DNA of 63,996 nucleotides, the filler included, from Dirinaria sp. TL-2023a (taxonomy: Eukaryota), in the NCBI GenBank assembly GCA_051941275.1. It is 4 parts of 4 records of this genome, joined end to end, with 100 filler letters (N's around TTAATTAATTAA, not from the genome) between each part and the next. Parts side by side here need not be neighbours in the genome. Positions count along the whole stretch, not along the records: positions 49,589 to 63,996 come from JAVEBF010000608.1; 3 more parts are not named here. One strand, 5' to 3'. Shown here one piece after another: positions 49,621 through 62,139 of the stretch. Position 1 is the stretch's first letter; each line of letters begins with the position of its first letter. The position numbers and the translations under genes are program-made. Under the pieces are notes generated by a model. The model had not been told where the DNA came from, did no database searches, and was given only the letters and a program-made list of their open reading frames with translations.

Positions 49621-51167
49621 ATGGTCCACGAATCGAGGTACCTCACCGGTGATAGAGAGGGGATTCGAGAATTTGTGGATCGCTATGATGTGGGTTATTC
49701 TATCTACCATCATCCTCCTCCATGCCTCGAAAGCATATAAATTTCCCCTTTTCCAACGCCCCCCTAATTTTCCATAAGCCATGATATTGGAACTTCGTGG
49801 CTGGAGAAACTCTAATTTATTCTCAAACTTTCCAGGTTTTTCTGTTTGACTGCGATGGTAAAAAAAATCTCTCTCTCTACTTTTTGCTGGCGCACAGCTC
49901 GTTCGCGGCGGGGTTTCCCATCGATTCAGTAGCAGCAGCAACAGCAGCTATGGGGGCCTACTCGTTCATCTTCGCCTCCGCCACCATCACGAGCAAACAG
50001 CTGATGAGAAGGATGTTTTGTGCTAGGTGTACTATGGTCCGGAGATCATCTTTTCGAGGGATCGGTAGAAACCCTCGAGATGCTGCGAAGAAAAGGTAAT
50101 TAATTCCTAAGAGCACCCCCCCTCCTCCCCAGTTACTCTCACATTTTACAACCAAAAATCTGAAACCCGAATTTTTTCCCTCTTTGTTGGGCAGGGAAAC
50201 AGGTCGTTTTCGTGACCAACAACAGTACCAAGTCTCGCGCAGACTATAGACGGAAGCTGGAGAGTATGGGTATTCCTGCAGAAGCGGTGAGCAAAGGGAA
50301 ACCCCCTTTTATCTATCTATCTATCTTCTTCAATCACCACACCCCCTATGCATTGAAAGTATTTCTATTCTCTAAATTCCCTCACCTCAAACCCGATCTA
50401 CTTCTCATCAACCATGTTCCCCCACCCACCCAACCATCCATCCATCCATTCATCCATAACCATACCCCGCGCACACACAGAACGAAGTCTTCTCCTCCTC
50501 GTACTCGGCCGCAATCTACATCTCGCGCATCCTATCCCTCCCACCCACAAAACGCACCGTCTTCGTGCTCGGCGAAGCCGGCATCGAAACCGAACTCGCC
50601 TCCGAATCCATCCCCTTCATAGGCGGCACGGACTCATCCCTCCACCGAGCCCCGGAAGCATCAGACTACGTCTCCATCGCAGACGGCTCGGCGCTCGACC
50701 CTACCGTGGGCGTAGTGCTAGCAGGGTTAGATTTCCACCTCAACTACCTGAAGCTGATGCACGCGTTCCACTACCTGCAGCGGGGCGCCGTGTTCCTGGC
50801 CACGAACAGCGACTCCACGCTGCCCTCGGCGGGGACGCTGTTCCCGGGGGCCGGGGCGTGCGCGGCGCCGCTGGTGCGCGCGACGGGAGGAACAGAGCCG
50901 TTGTCGTTGGGGAAACCGAGCCAGGCCATGATGGATGCCATCGAGGGCAAGTTCCGGTTCGACAGGAGCAGAGCTTGCATGGTCGGTGATAGAGTGGATA
51001 CGGATATCCGGTTTGGGATCGAGGGGAAGCTGGGGGGTACGTTGGCTGTGTTGACGGGGGTGAGTAAGAAGGCCGATTGGGAAGGGGAGGGCAAGGAGCA
51101 TGTCAGGCCCATGGCGTATGTGGATCGATTGAGCGATCTATGGGACCCTGCTGCGGAGGGAGAGTGA
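49621..51167 (+). CDS. PHO13: HAD-IIA 4-nitrophenylphosphatase/phosphoglycolate phosphatase; exons 49621-49689, 49836-49857, 50027-50095, 50195-50286, 50481-51167
   Basis: Spliced FLFDCDG|VLW (HAD motif I), VFVTNNSTKSR, FLATNSD, PGAG, LGKP, MVGDRVDTDI.FG and VLTGV. Confidence 0.93.
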
Positions 51168-51451
51168 CGGAGCTTTTTTTTTTTTTTTTTTTTTGATGAT
51201 CTGGGTTGTTTTAAGTAAAACTTAATCGTAGGTCCCCTACTAGATGAACCGGATGCCATCTATTGGATAGACTACATTACTCTGCACCGGATTCAACATG
51301 TGTCTCTTACACGAGATTACACGACGCATTGCAGCCTCTTCCAGATGATGAGATTTTTCGCAAGACATTGATAAACCCAACAATTTGGCAAAAAAAAAAT
51401 TTCATCTACTTTCTGTACCGGTACTCACAAAACCACGCTTACCACTTCAAA

Positions 51452-54400
51452 TCAGCGAACCTCTTCACTCTCCATACTCCCCATCTGGAACTCCTGGCAC
51501 AGCCTCATGTCCGCCAACACCTCTTCGAGCACATGCCCCACCTGGGCCGCCACGCGGACGCGGTCCCAATCGCCGCGCGTCTTCCAGATCTTGTCCATCA
51601 ACGCCGCGTACACCTGCTCGAGCTGCTCGACGCTGCACCCGCTGGTCCGCTGGACGATGGTGCCGAGCAACTGCGCCGGACGGTCCGGGTCGGTGTTGAG
51701 GCGCGGCTTCTGCAGCGGCGGAGGAGCGTTCTCGTCTTGGTTCAGGATGGCGTTGATGGTGGAAGGGCGATGGTAGGGCGGCACGGGCGGATTTTGCGAG
51801 GACGGGTTCGACTGCGAGGACGAGCCGGACGACGACGATTGAGAATCTAACACTTAAACGTCAGTGGGGGGCCGTTGTTTTTTTTTCCCCCAAGAATATA
51901 TAAAAGAAGGGACGCACTTTGCGTGTCTGGTACTTGGGAGTTCGGTGCAGCTGGTCCAGGCAAAATACTGAGATCGGGTCCTTCCGGCCTGCCTTGCGAG
52001 CTCTGCGTATTTTGTCTGTCTTGTGAGCTTGGTGAGTTTTGTGAATTTTGGGTGTTGCCTTGGCTGTTTTGGGTGTACTGGGTGTTCTGCGTATTGTTGG
52101 AAGGGCCAGAAGAGCCGGAAGCCTTCTTGTCAGAAGAGGTTGTCGAGGCATAATTGGTGTAGTCTTGGGGATTGGAGCCTTCGGCCATTGGCGTGATAGC
52201 ACTTCTTTGGGAAAGGCTACCGGGATACGATTTTCGCTGATCCAAAGAAGCGGGCCCTCCAGTGTTGTGGTGGAACGGTCGCGTCTGAGCAGATTGCCCG
52301 AAAGAGCTGCTTTGGGTGTCCTTATCAGGCGACTGCTCTTCTTGGCTGTTGCTCATCTGTATGTCACCGTCGCTACGAGAAGGTACGGACGTGCCATTGC
52401 TGAGTGGTCGATTTCGCAGATCGCTGAGGTCCGATAACATACCCGAGAAACCGTTAGTCAGTTGACTTGGTTGCGAAGGGTTAGATGGCGTATGCGGATG
52501 GTTGGCTATGCCATTTACCATCGGTTGCCCAAGCACGACAGGGCCTGACGAATGCTCTGTAGAGTATGTGTTTTCATTGTGCGAAGTGTTCGGAGGCTCA
52601 ATGGCAAGAGGGGCTTCCTGTCCTGTAGTCGCTTGCCTAGCCTTTTCGATCTTGTCCTTCTCACGCTTCATCTCGCGGGCCCAGACTCCCTCAAGTTCGG
52701 CCACTAGGGCTGGTTCTTGGGTCTCAATGCTACCCATATCGACCTCTACATTGGCTTGGAGCTCATTCGCTTTGAGAAGTCTTTCTGTGTCACCTGTAGC
52801 CTTCGCATCCTTTGTCAACTTCTTGATGTCAGCCAAGAAGTCCTTGGGTCTTTTGTAATAACCGTTGGACAAGCGCCTTTCTATCGTCACAATTTCCAGG
52901 TTGTAATAGAACTTGCCCGTAGCCTGTTCAATGAGGCCAGGCTCGCCATGAGCATCCACGCCCTTTTCAAAAGGACGAAATTGTGCTCTGCGGCGTTCCT
53001 CGGATGGCAAGTCGGTTGTGACGATTGAGGGATCGTCTTCGTCATAAAGGTATCTTATCTGACTCTCCTCGACCACCCCAGTCCGGAACTTCTTGTATTT
53101 GAGTTTGATCTGGTCCATGGTTGGCTGGATGCGGAGCTTAAGATGGTTTAGATAAAGGCGATCGCGTTTCTTTTGAGCTTTGAGCTCCATCCTTGACATC
53201 ACCTCGAGCGCTCTTGGAGGCTCCGGTGGTACGGGCATCAGCGCTTCAAGCTTCCGCTTTTTGCGGTTCGCCGGCTCCGGAAATTGATCTGGAGACTTGT
53301 TCAGATCATCCGTAACAGCTTTGAAATATTCCTGCCTTGCCGAGCTTGATGGTCGCTGTACTATATACTGATTCTTTGTAGAATAACCAAAAAGTTTCTT
53401 GACCATTGCTGGTTCCACATCGTCTTCGCTCTCGAGCACACCGAGCAATAGTACGGGATCTGCTGGTGTCAACGTGCGTAATAGTCCAGTAAAGATCGAT
53501 AGAACCGTGTCGGAGACCGTTGAGTACCATACATCGACGTTTGGAATGTAAATTACGCTGGGTTTATGGCGCCGCACTTCGGTGAAAAGTTGAGTCATGG
53601 TAGCTTCAGCTGATCTCGCCGAGTCGCTAAGCAGTGTAGGAAGGTCAAAAGCTTGTACATGCAGACCCTCAAAATGGTTCAAAATCGCTGCGGCAAGATA
53701 TTGCTGGCCCATGCCTGGCATTCCGCTGACCAGAAGGCGCGGACGGAATATCCTGGAGCGCTCGTACCTTTGTTGCATCTGCTCGGCTTCCATGCCTCTG
53801 TCGTCTTCGGCGTCCTCAAATTCTGCCTCTTCTAATGCAGTAAGCCGCTTCGTTTGAGGCAATATGTCAGCAACAACGCTCTTTATGTCAGATAGAGGTC
53901 TTCGCAGTAGAGGCTCTATATCCTTTGGTAAAGGAGAAGCTCCCGAGGATACTGCTCTTTCTGAGGATGGTACGATCTTCTTCACAGAGATCATAAAATC
54001 CTTTGCAGTAACGTTGATAGTCTCCGGATGAATAATAAGTTTCTCATTCGACTTGTAGATCTGGGGGTATCTTCGTTGTACAGCGTTTAAAGCCGCCTCT
54101 GTGCATAGCGCGCGAAGGTCAGCGCCGCCGTAACCCTTCGTTATCTGAGCGATCTGATCTTTGAAAGGAGAAGCCATAGGCGGATCCCAGCCCTTTGTGT
54201 GTATGTCAATGATAGCTCTTCTTGCTTCTGTATTCGGTAGTGGGAAGTAGAATTCTTTATCAAACCGGCCAGGACGTCGAAGCGCTGGATCTATGGTGTC
54301 CGGCCTATTCGTAGCTCCAATGACAATAACTTGACCGCGCCCATCCATACCATCCATAAGGGCAAGCAATGTAGAAACAATGGAAGAATGGATTTGTTCT

Positions 54401-56653
54401 TGCTTGCTGGACCTTACAGGCGCAAGACCTAGAAAGTATTTAGCCTGTGAATGCATATAGTCATCGGAGAATCATACCGTCGATCTCATCGAAGAATATG
54501 ATGCTGGGCTGCGTCTTCCGCGCCTCTTCAAAAAGAAGCCTTAGCTGCCGTTCCGCCTCGCCTACCCATTTACTCAAAGCATCTGCGCCCTTTCGCATGT
54601 AGAAAGTGACCTTTCTTCCTTGCGTACTGACACTCGAAGCCAATGCCCTGGCCATTAAGGTCTTACCAGTTCCGGGAGGACCGTGGAACAGCACTCCACG
54701 CGGTGGGGTCACATGGAATCTCTGAAATATTTCCGGGTAAAGCAATGGCAGTGCGACCATCTCTTTGAGTTGATCTATGTATCCTTGCAAACCACCTATG
54801 CTCTCAAAGGTAACGTTCTGATCGACGCCCAGGGGATCGGTGTCTGCCAAAGCTTGCTTATCTTTAATCTTACCCAAGTTTGCGGGGGTACCAGACGTCC
54901 CTTGCACAGCATCAGAATTATGTGCTTGCGCGGTCGGAAACAGTCCAAATCCTGGAGGCGCGGTGGCGGTCGGGGTCATACCAAGCGCACCACCAACACC
55001 TTGTAATCGAGGGTGCTGCATAATCTCGTCTTCGCTACTATCGGATTCGGCGCCAGCGACAGCTCCAAGACCACTTGGACCACCAAAAACGGGGGTTGGC
55101 CCGCCAGCGCCTCCAAACGGCCCGTAAGTAGAGTATAAGCTCCTTTGCCACCCACCCCCCCCACGAGCTTTCCGCGAGGGTGTAGTAGCAGATGGGGGGC
55201 CGTCATCGTCAACTGGTAGCGCCAAGTCAGGGCGTAGAATGCGATAGTCAACATTCTTTCGCGCTCGCCTCTTAGGCTTATCGTCGTAAACTATCTCGGC
55301 TCTTGCAGGCCGACGCGTTCGACCACTCTGGAGATCCTGCAGCTCCTCTGCGAGCTCTTCCGCTTCTTCGCTATCATGTTCATCAGAAGCACCGCTACGC
55401 CGACTACGAGCTCTTCCTTTCCCACCACGAAGAGCCCTACCAGAAGGGCTATCATTGTCGTCGTCCTTTTGGCTCGCTTTCCGAGGTGACCCTGTTGATA
55501 GTCCTGAGTCTGAAACGTCTTCTTCACCGCCTTCATCAAAACCTGGTTCGAAATCACTGCTCTCTTGTTGAGCGCTCTTTTGTGAGTTTCGTGCTCTTCG
55601 TTGATCGCGACCGGAACGAAGAGACCGGCGCTGCGGTTGCTCACTGCTTGGTAACTCATCAGGGCTAGATCCAGTGCGAATCTGCTCGGTACGTCTCGTT
55701 ACTCTCCCTGGTTTGGTGATTGGATCATCGTCCTCATCATCTTCTTCATGCACAGCCTCGTCGCCGGACTCAGGTATGACAGCGACTTCGCCTGTATCAA
55801 TGTCCCTGAATACGGACACATCGATCACCGCAGCATTTCGCGTGTCGGGTTTGATGGCGGCTTGAGCCTCTTCAGCAAGATCGTCCATATCATCTCGACT
55901 AGCAGCGATCTCTGTCCGGTTAGTTCCCTCAATGGAATCCCGCAGGTGTCCCGAACTCTCGTCTTCTTCATACACCACACTCGCAGGTAGCGTTTTCACG
56001 CCCTTGCCACCGCGCCTTGGCCTCTCCAGAGCAGGTTCGGGGCTCCGGGTCCCTCGCCGGATAACATCTTCATGGCGACCAGAATTCGTCAATGCAACGA
56101 TGGCCTCAGTATCATCATGCGCTATGCGGCTACTTCGTCGAGTCCCCTGCAGGTTCAGATCAGAGGACACGGGCCGTGTACCTACACTACCGCTCCGAGC
56201 TCTGGTGCTTCTTCTCCTTGGCCCTGGGGTAGGCTGGGGTGTTCGCACGGCTAGCTTCACCATCAGTGACTTCTTCTTTCCCGACTTATTCTTAGGAGTG
56301 ACGGTTTCCCGCGGGGACTCTTCTTCTTCTAGAGGCTCCTCATCATCACTTTCCTGGTATGTAGGGCGCTGTTTCGCAGCCCTACGCTTCGGCCGACCCG
56401 TCCTCTCATCCACTTCAATTTGCTCATCTTCGTCTTCGAAGGACGCTTCGCTCAGCTCACTTTCGTCGCTGATGTCTTCCGAGTCCTCTCCGTCATACTC
56501 TCGCCGCTGTCGCTTGCGGGCTGGCTTCCCTTTCTGGCTCTTACTCGGCTTTGATCGTGCGGCTCTGGAAGTAGAAGCACCATAGGTAGAGTCATCAGAG
56601 TCCGACTTGGTGGGATCGAAATCTGCGATCTTGCGCTTGTTCCGGTTAGGCAT
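51452..56653 (-). CDS. YTA7: AAA+ ATPase/bromodomain chromatin factor (Yta7/ATAD2); introns 54477-54429, 51917-51847
   Basis: Acidic N-terminus, GVLFHGPPGTGKT, FYMRKGADALSKWVGEAERQL, IIFFDEIDG|LAPVRSSKQEQIH, ALRRPGRFD, and a second degenerate AAA domain (FRPRLL). Confidence 0.96.
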
Positions 56654-58115
56654 AGCGATGGCTACTCGAAAGCGATCGAGCTTGTGAAGGTGGAGAGAGT
56701 CTCAATGTTTGCGTGAGCATCTCGCGCGGAGCACTTGTCATTTATAACAAGCAACGCAACGAGCGATGGAAGTTGACGAAGCACTGTAAGTACATTATGT
56801 TGGTGTTGTATTGGGGGGGAAGAGAGTGGCCAAGGCTCCAGGCTGGAAAGTGTAAGGTAAGGTAAGCAATACCTCAATGAGGCAGTATTATTGTCGGTAA
56901 CATGCCAAGGCGCGCTAAGTCCTTTCAGCCGCTGACTAAATGCACCATTCACAGATAAGGTACCTACCTAGCCGCTTGGCGCTCCAAGATCTCCGGGTCG
57001 AGGGGGTCGAGGGACGAGGGGTCTTTGAGTGATCATGTCTGCTCTACAACGACCGATCACAGCACGCTGTCGCTTTGGCTTCAGATAGTGCAGCAAAGGC
57101 TCCCTTGATAATGCTGCGCTCATTCCGTGATTTGGAGCTCGAAGAAAGGCGTTGAAGGTCGGTGTCCAGCGCTGACTTCGAGAATGAGAAATGGCAATCA
57201 TGAGACAATGGAAGCTAGAAATCGATGGCAGGCGATCAAGTTGTCATAAGGTATCACTATTGCGGCTCAAAAGCTTGCCGCCGCTGCTGACGACAGTCCC
57301 AACGGCAACGGCCCCCAGTCGTAGTGCAGCACGCGTTCACGTGAAACCGCGTTTCTTCACCTCTGGTCGCTTGGACTCCGATTTCTAGACTACTGTAGCT
57401 TGCGCTTCTCCATTGTTGGTCGCTGGCTTGCAATCATGGCGAATTGCGGATCAACTCAGAAGACTTGTCTTATGATTTACTACTCAAGGTAAGAGGACAT
57501 CTACCTCATTTCACGTGTTCCACTGGTGTGGCTGGTGCAGGACTGAGAAAGGGACTGGAAGAGTTGTGAGTTGTGAGGACTACTAGCAACCAATCATATT
57601 GCAGCAGTGATAGGCGATCTTGCGAGGAACAAACCACAAGACTACCTTACATTGTAATCATTGTTATCAGCTACCTACTGCTTTACGTGACTTTATTTTC
57701 TGGGTATAATAATAGAGAAAGGAAACGTGAAATGTCCGAGGGGTCATTACTTATTATTGTCGCTTTGTGCGCGACTTCTTGGCAATCGCTCCGATACCTT
57801 TTTTTACTCCCCGCTACCGCTACCGCTACTACTATTTTAGAGTTTCAAACATGGTAATTTCCTCGCCTGACCGAAAGACCGCCTTCTCCCCAAGTCTGCC
57901 TTCTGTACCTTACAATATTAATACCTGGCCTGCTTTTCCCATTTTTCTATTCTACCCATTGTCACTCATTATTATTGCCTGTTCATTTCCGACCTTCGCT
58001 ATCAAGCTCCTCTCAAACACCACGCGATACGCCAGGGAATCCTTAGCTTTCGGCTCGTTCTAGTACAGAGGCTGTGCGGAAATCCAAATGTTACACCACG
58101 CGCCCACCTATCAAC

Positions 58116-60186
58116 ATGGAATCGATTATCTACGATGACTCCCCGCTAGCACATTATCTTGAAGGTAGACCGAGTCTGGGCGATGTTGAGTGTTGTATTG
58201 ATTCCCCCAACAGGTGAAGGTGAAGGAGAGGGCGTGAACGACCTCATTTCCATCGCAAACAAGAGCGGAACAACTTCACCGGTTGACACGGCGGTGTCCT
58301 TCGCCCCTCGCGGTCATCCAAAGCCAGTGTCCCGGGCACGAGGGCGGCCGCCTCCGCTTCAAGTGGTCAGCAGTAGCCGTTCCATCGACGCGGTAGCTCG
58401 CCTTCGCAGTACTTGTTCGGTAGGCGTACAGCAGTGACCCCCTCTCGGAGCCATGACTAAATGTTTTCCGTTGCCCCAGAGCGTAATTAGCTCAAGGATC
58501 GGCTCTGCTGAAAAGACTCATTTCCTCGAGCAATTCCGTTACATAATTGTCGCTTCCCAACTCTTGAGCGAGTACCCAAATCCCACCAGCTACCAGCGTC
58601 GGGAGCTTCCTTCGCCAGCAGAGAACGGGGTTCCTCAGCCAGAAGCTGTTCGCTTGAGCATTTTAGGCATCTGTGTGACTGCTGCGACAGCGTTCACATC
58701 GGCCTGGGCGATCAATTGGGCGCGACGGGTGGGACTTCACGGGCTCAGCTTCTGGAGAATCTTTTCAGTATGTGTCTTATTGATACTCGGTGGAACTGGA
58801 CTTTATCTCTACATGCGGCGCCAGTGGATCAAATACCTTAGGAGTCAGGCCGTGCAGCATGCCTCTGCTCTTATTGACAGTGCCCAAGCGTTCGATTGTG
58901 CGGCTTCTTCGGCAATCACGCTCATACAAGAAGTGGAGCTCGTCTCTAGGGGTTACAAAATGTGAGTTACCATCTCAAGTCCCCGTGGTTTGTACTAATT
59001 GACCAATAGAAACGCACCACTTTCTCCTGCCACACGTATGGAAGATCAAAGCCGGACAAGGAGATGCGGAAGGCTGCGTCGAGTGGTGCAGCGGTCGCTC
59101 TCGGTATTGCCTTCTTCGTACTATCAAGCTTTCGAGACTGTTCGGCCCCTTACATCAGAGGACGACTTGGAAAAATATTATGATATCTACGAAATACGCC
59201 GCTCAGATATTCAGGACGCTGGAGAGTCTACCTCGACAAGTACTGGCGACGCTGACACTGCCGAGACGCTCGCAGCGCTGAAAATTGGAATGCAAAAGCT
59301 ACATCTCAACCGGAAACTCCTTTTGTGCAGTCTTCTCGCACTAGACGCGGATGGATCGAATTCTAACTTTCCGATCTGGTCGATCGCTTCTGATTCCATG
59401 CAGCGCCTAGCTCACGAGGCATATCAGAGGGCAATGGCCATTGACCAAATCTTGCAGGAGGAAGAAAGTGAGTGACGCTGACCTCAAGCCTGGTGTCTCC
59501 TGCTGACAAGCCAACCCAAAGCTTTTCCTGAGCCTCCAACCCCTAAAATCAAATTAACCCCCAGTAGGGAGCGGGTGCGAAGGCAGATGAGGAATCTGAG
59601 CTGCCTCTCCCATGGTATTCGAGATCTTCAAGCAAAAATGCATCTGCTGCGTGATGAATCAGATAGAGTATTGGATGAGTCAAATGACGTGTCAGACATT
59701 AGTGCGAATCTGTTAATGCAGTACGATTCTATTGGCGAAGGCTTGAGAACCCTAATGCAGGAGTGGCATGAAGGTCGCGAAGCACTGAGCACCAGCATCG
59801 GCAAGAACGAGACTCGACTTTCGCTCTCACCTGGCCAAACCATTGCGCCCATGTCTCCTACCTCCAGTCTTGGTGGGCTTACTGCAGTGGAGGGAAACTC
59901 ACCTGACGCACTCAAACCATCGAATGGAAATCTTCGGATGGCCCGATCGCGCTCAAGCACAGCGAATAGTAGCTCGGGCGAAGAGGTCTTCGAAGCAGTC
60001 GCTCTACCTCGCCGGAGAAGCTGCGTGACAAGGGAAGAAAGGATTGCAAAAATGAAAGAGGATCGGACGCGACAAAGCATTGCTAAAGAGAAGGCTGAAT
60101 CACAAACATACTTGCTAAAAGAGCTTGAGACTGTAATCAAGCTACGACCCAGAGGACGGAGTACTGGACGAATGACAGGCGTCTGA
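58116..60186 (+). CDS. vezA: Vezatin-like myosin/dynein-associated membrane protein; exons 58116-58164, 58214-58419, 58480-58961, 59010-59467, 59522-60186
   Basis: YDDSPLAHYLE, FLEQFRYIIVASQLL, two TM helices, LIQEVELVSRGY, DLEKYYDIYEI and a C-terminal ELETVI. Confidence 0.87.
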
Positions 60187-60614
60187 CGATTTATACGTGT
60201 ACAATTCACGAACGTTGGCATTTTGATGGGTATCTTAAGGTAGGGTCGGTGGCAGTGTACATACGGTCATAGTCACAGAGATACCCAAAGGGAACAAGGG
60301 GAATGATATAAAAAAGTATGTGAAAACTGATATGCTTATCGATACATGTATTCTGCTCCTGAAACTCAACGGTATGCTTGTAGTATAATGTATAAGAAAC
60401 ACTTGATTTTCGACAAGGTGCTTATTACTAGAATTAAACAGTCAACTGTATATAAAGTACATTACTTTATCATCTTATAGAAGTAGCATGATGAGCATTA
60501 AGATACATTGTCACTTACTAAGATAACTTATTATTGAAAGTACTCGAGGCTACCTTACTTTAATGGACTGTACTTCTCCTTGAGGCTAGTCTCTTAGAGA
60601 GCAGTGCCAATTAG

Positions 60615-60630
60615 ACGCGTCGCGTCGAAA
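60615..60630. promoter_or_regulatory. MluI cell-cycle box (MCB) pair upstream of PCNA
   Basis: ACGCGT at 60615 overlaps TCGCGT(CGAAA), about 145 nt upstream of the start. PCNA genes are established MBF targets in yeasts. Confidence 0.7.
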
Positions 60631-60762
60631 ACTGAACTTGAATCCGTGAATTCTTGCCCCAGCTCAAAGATCGACTTGTGCCCTGGTAGATGCACATTAC
60701 ATTTCTACCTTTCACATTGCGCAACGCTCATACCCTACAACATCTATAGTAGTCTCTCGAAA

Positions 60763-61755
60763 AGTAAGTGTAGCGACTCTCGCCTTGCGAGCCAACGCTG
60801 ACCCTGTTTCGCAGTGCTTGAAGCGCGGTTGGAGCAGGCCAACCTGCTCAAGAAGGTCGATGCGATTTCTTGCGGGAATATTTCCCATGCTGATGAAGTG
60901 CCAGGTTGTCGATGCCATAAAAGACCTGGTCCAAGATTGTAATTTCGACTGCAATGACTCAGGCATCGCCCTTCAAGCCATGGACAATTCACATGTCGCT
61001 CTGGTATCGATGATGTTGAAGGCCGAATCTTTCTCGCCCTTCCGCTGTGATAGGAATATCGCATTGGGCATCAACCTTAGCTCGCTGATGAAGGTGTTAC
61101 GATGCGCGCAAAACGAGGATATTTTGACGCTGAAGGCGGAAGACGCTCCCGATGTGGTCAACTTGGTGTTCGAGAGCAGCGAGAGTGATCGACTCAGCGA
61201 ATACGACATCAAGCTCATGGATATCGATCAAGAGCATTTGGGCATTCCAGAGACAGAGTACTCGGCTACTATTTCCATGCCCTCTTCGGAGTTCCAAAGA
61301 ATATGCAGAGATTTGATGGCGCTTTCAGAGTCAGGTGCGAACTCGCCCACGCTTGAAGGCTTTTACGGTCCATGTACTAACATGCCGCGAAGTTGCCATC
61401 GAAGCCACGAAGGAGGGTGTCAAGTTTTCGTGCTCAGGGGATATCGGCAATGGAGCAGTTACTCTACGAAGTCACACCAGTGTCGAGAAGCCAGAACAAG
61501 ACGTCGACATCAGTCTGTCGGAGCCAGTTGCTCTCACGTTCTCCCTCAAGTACCTTGTCAATTTCTGCAAAGCGAGCGGCCTTTCCAGCAAAGTGAAGCT
61601 GTGCCTTTCGAACGAGGTACCTCTCCTGGTTGAATACGCACTAGCTTCTAACAGCTACCTGAGATTCTATCTAGCACCAAAGGTAATCAGATCTTCCTGA
61701 ATTTACCCAATTCTTCTCCTACTAACGACCAATGCAGATTGGGGATGAAGAGTAG
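60763..61755 (+). CDS. POL30: Proliferating cell nuclear antigen; exons 60763 (1 nt), 60815-60855, 60905-61334, 61393-61682, 61738-61755
   Basis: [54 protein letters not shown] and FYLAPK|IGDEE. Confidence 0.97.
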
Positions 61756-62139
61756 AGTGTATGCAGCGAAGCCCAAAGAGAGGGGGAAATCTGGCATGAT
61801 TTGATCGCAGGCATGGACGACAGGTTTCCTCTTCAGATGATAGCACCTGATGTATGGGTCTTTTTCTGTTCAAAACGAGGATCCCATTCATTACCTCTAG
61901 GTATAGAGTACTTCGAGTACATTTGCCTTGACTTACATTTGCTGAAGTCGCTGCCTACGTCATTTCGCGATACCGGTACCTTACGAATACCCTGGTTACT
62001 TATCGCTTACCGTAGGTTAGATTGTACTGTACTTTTCCATTTCGGTCGTCTTACCCTACCTTACTTCACCTCATCTGCAAAGCATGAACTTATTATCCAA
62101 CCTTTTCGCTTCTTGTCTACCAATTCTTCCACCAATTCA

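Noticed and set aside
52700..53760. Degenerate second Walker motifs and atypical bromodomain in YTA7
   Set aside because: Established features of the Yta7/ATAD2 family.
57436..57590. Possible spliced micro-ORF (donor GTAAGA at 57489, CAG at 57540) upstream of vezatin
   Set aside because: No convincing branch site and only about 33 codons.
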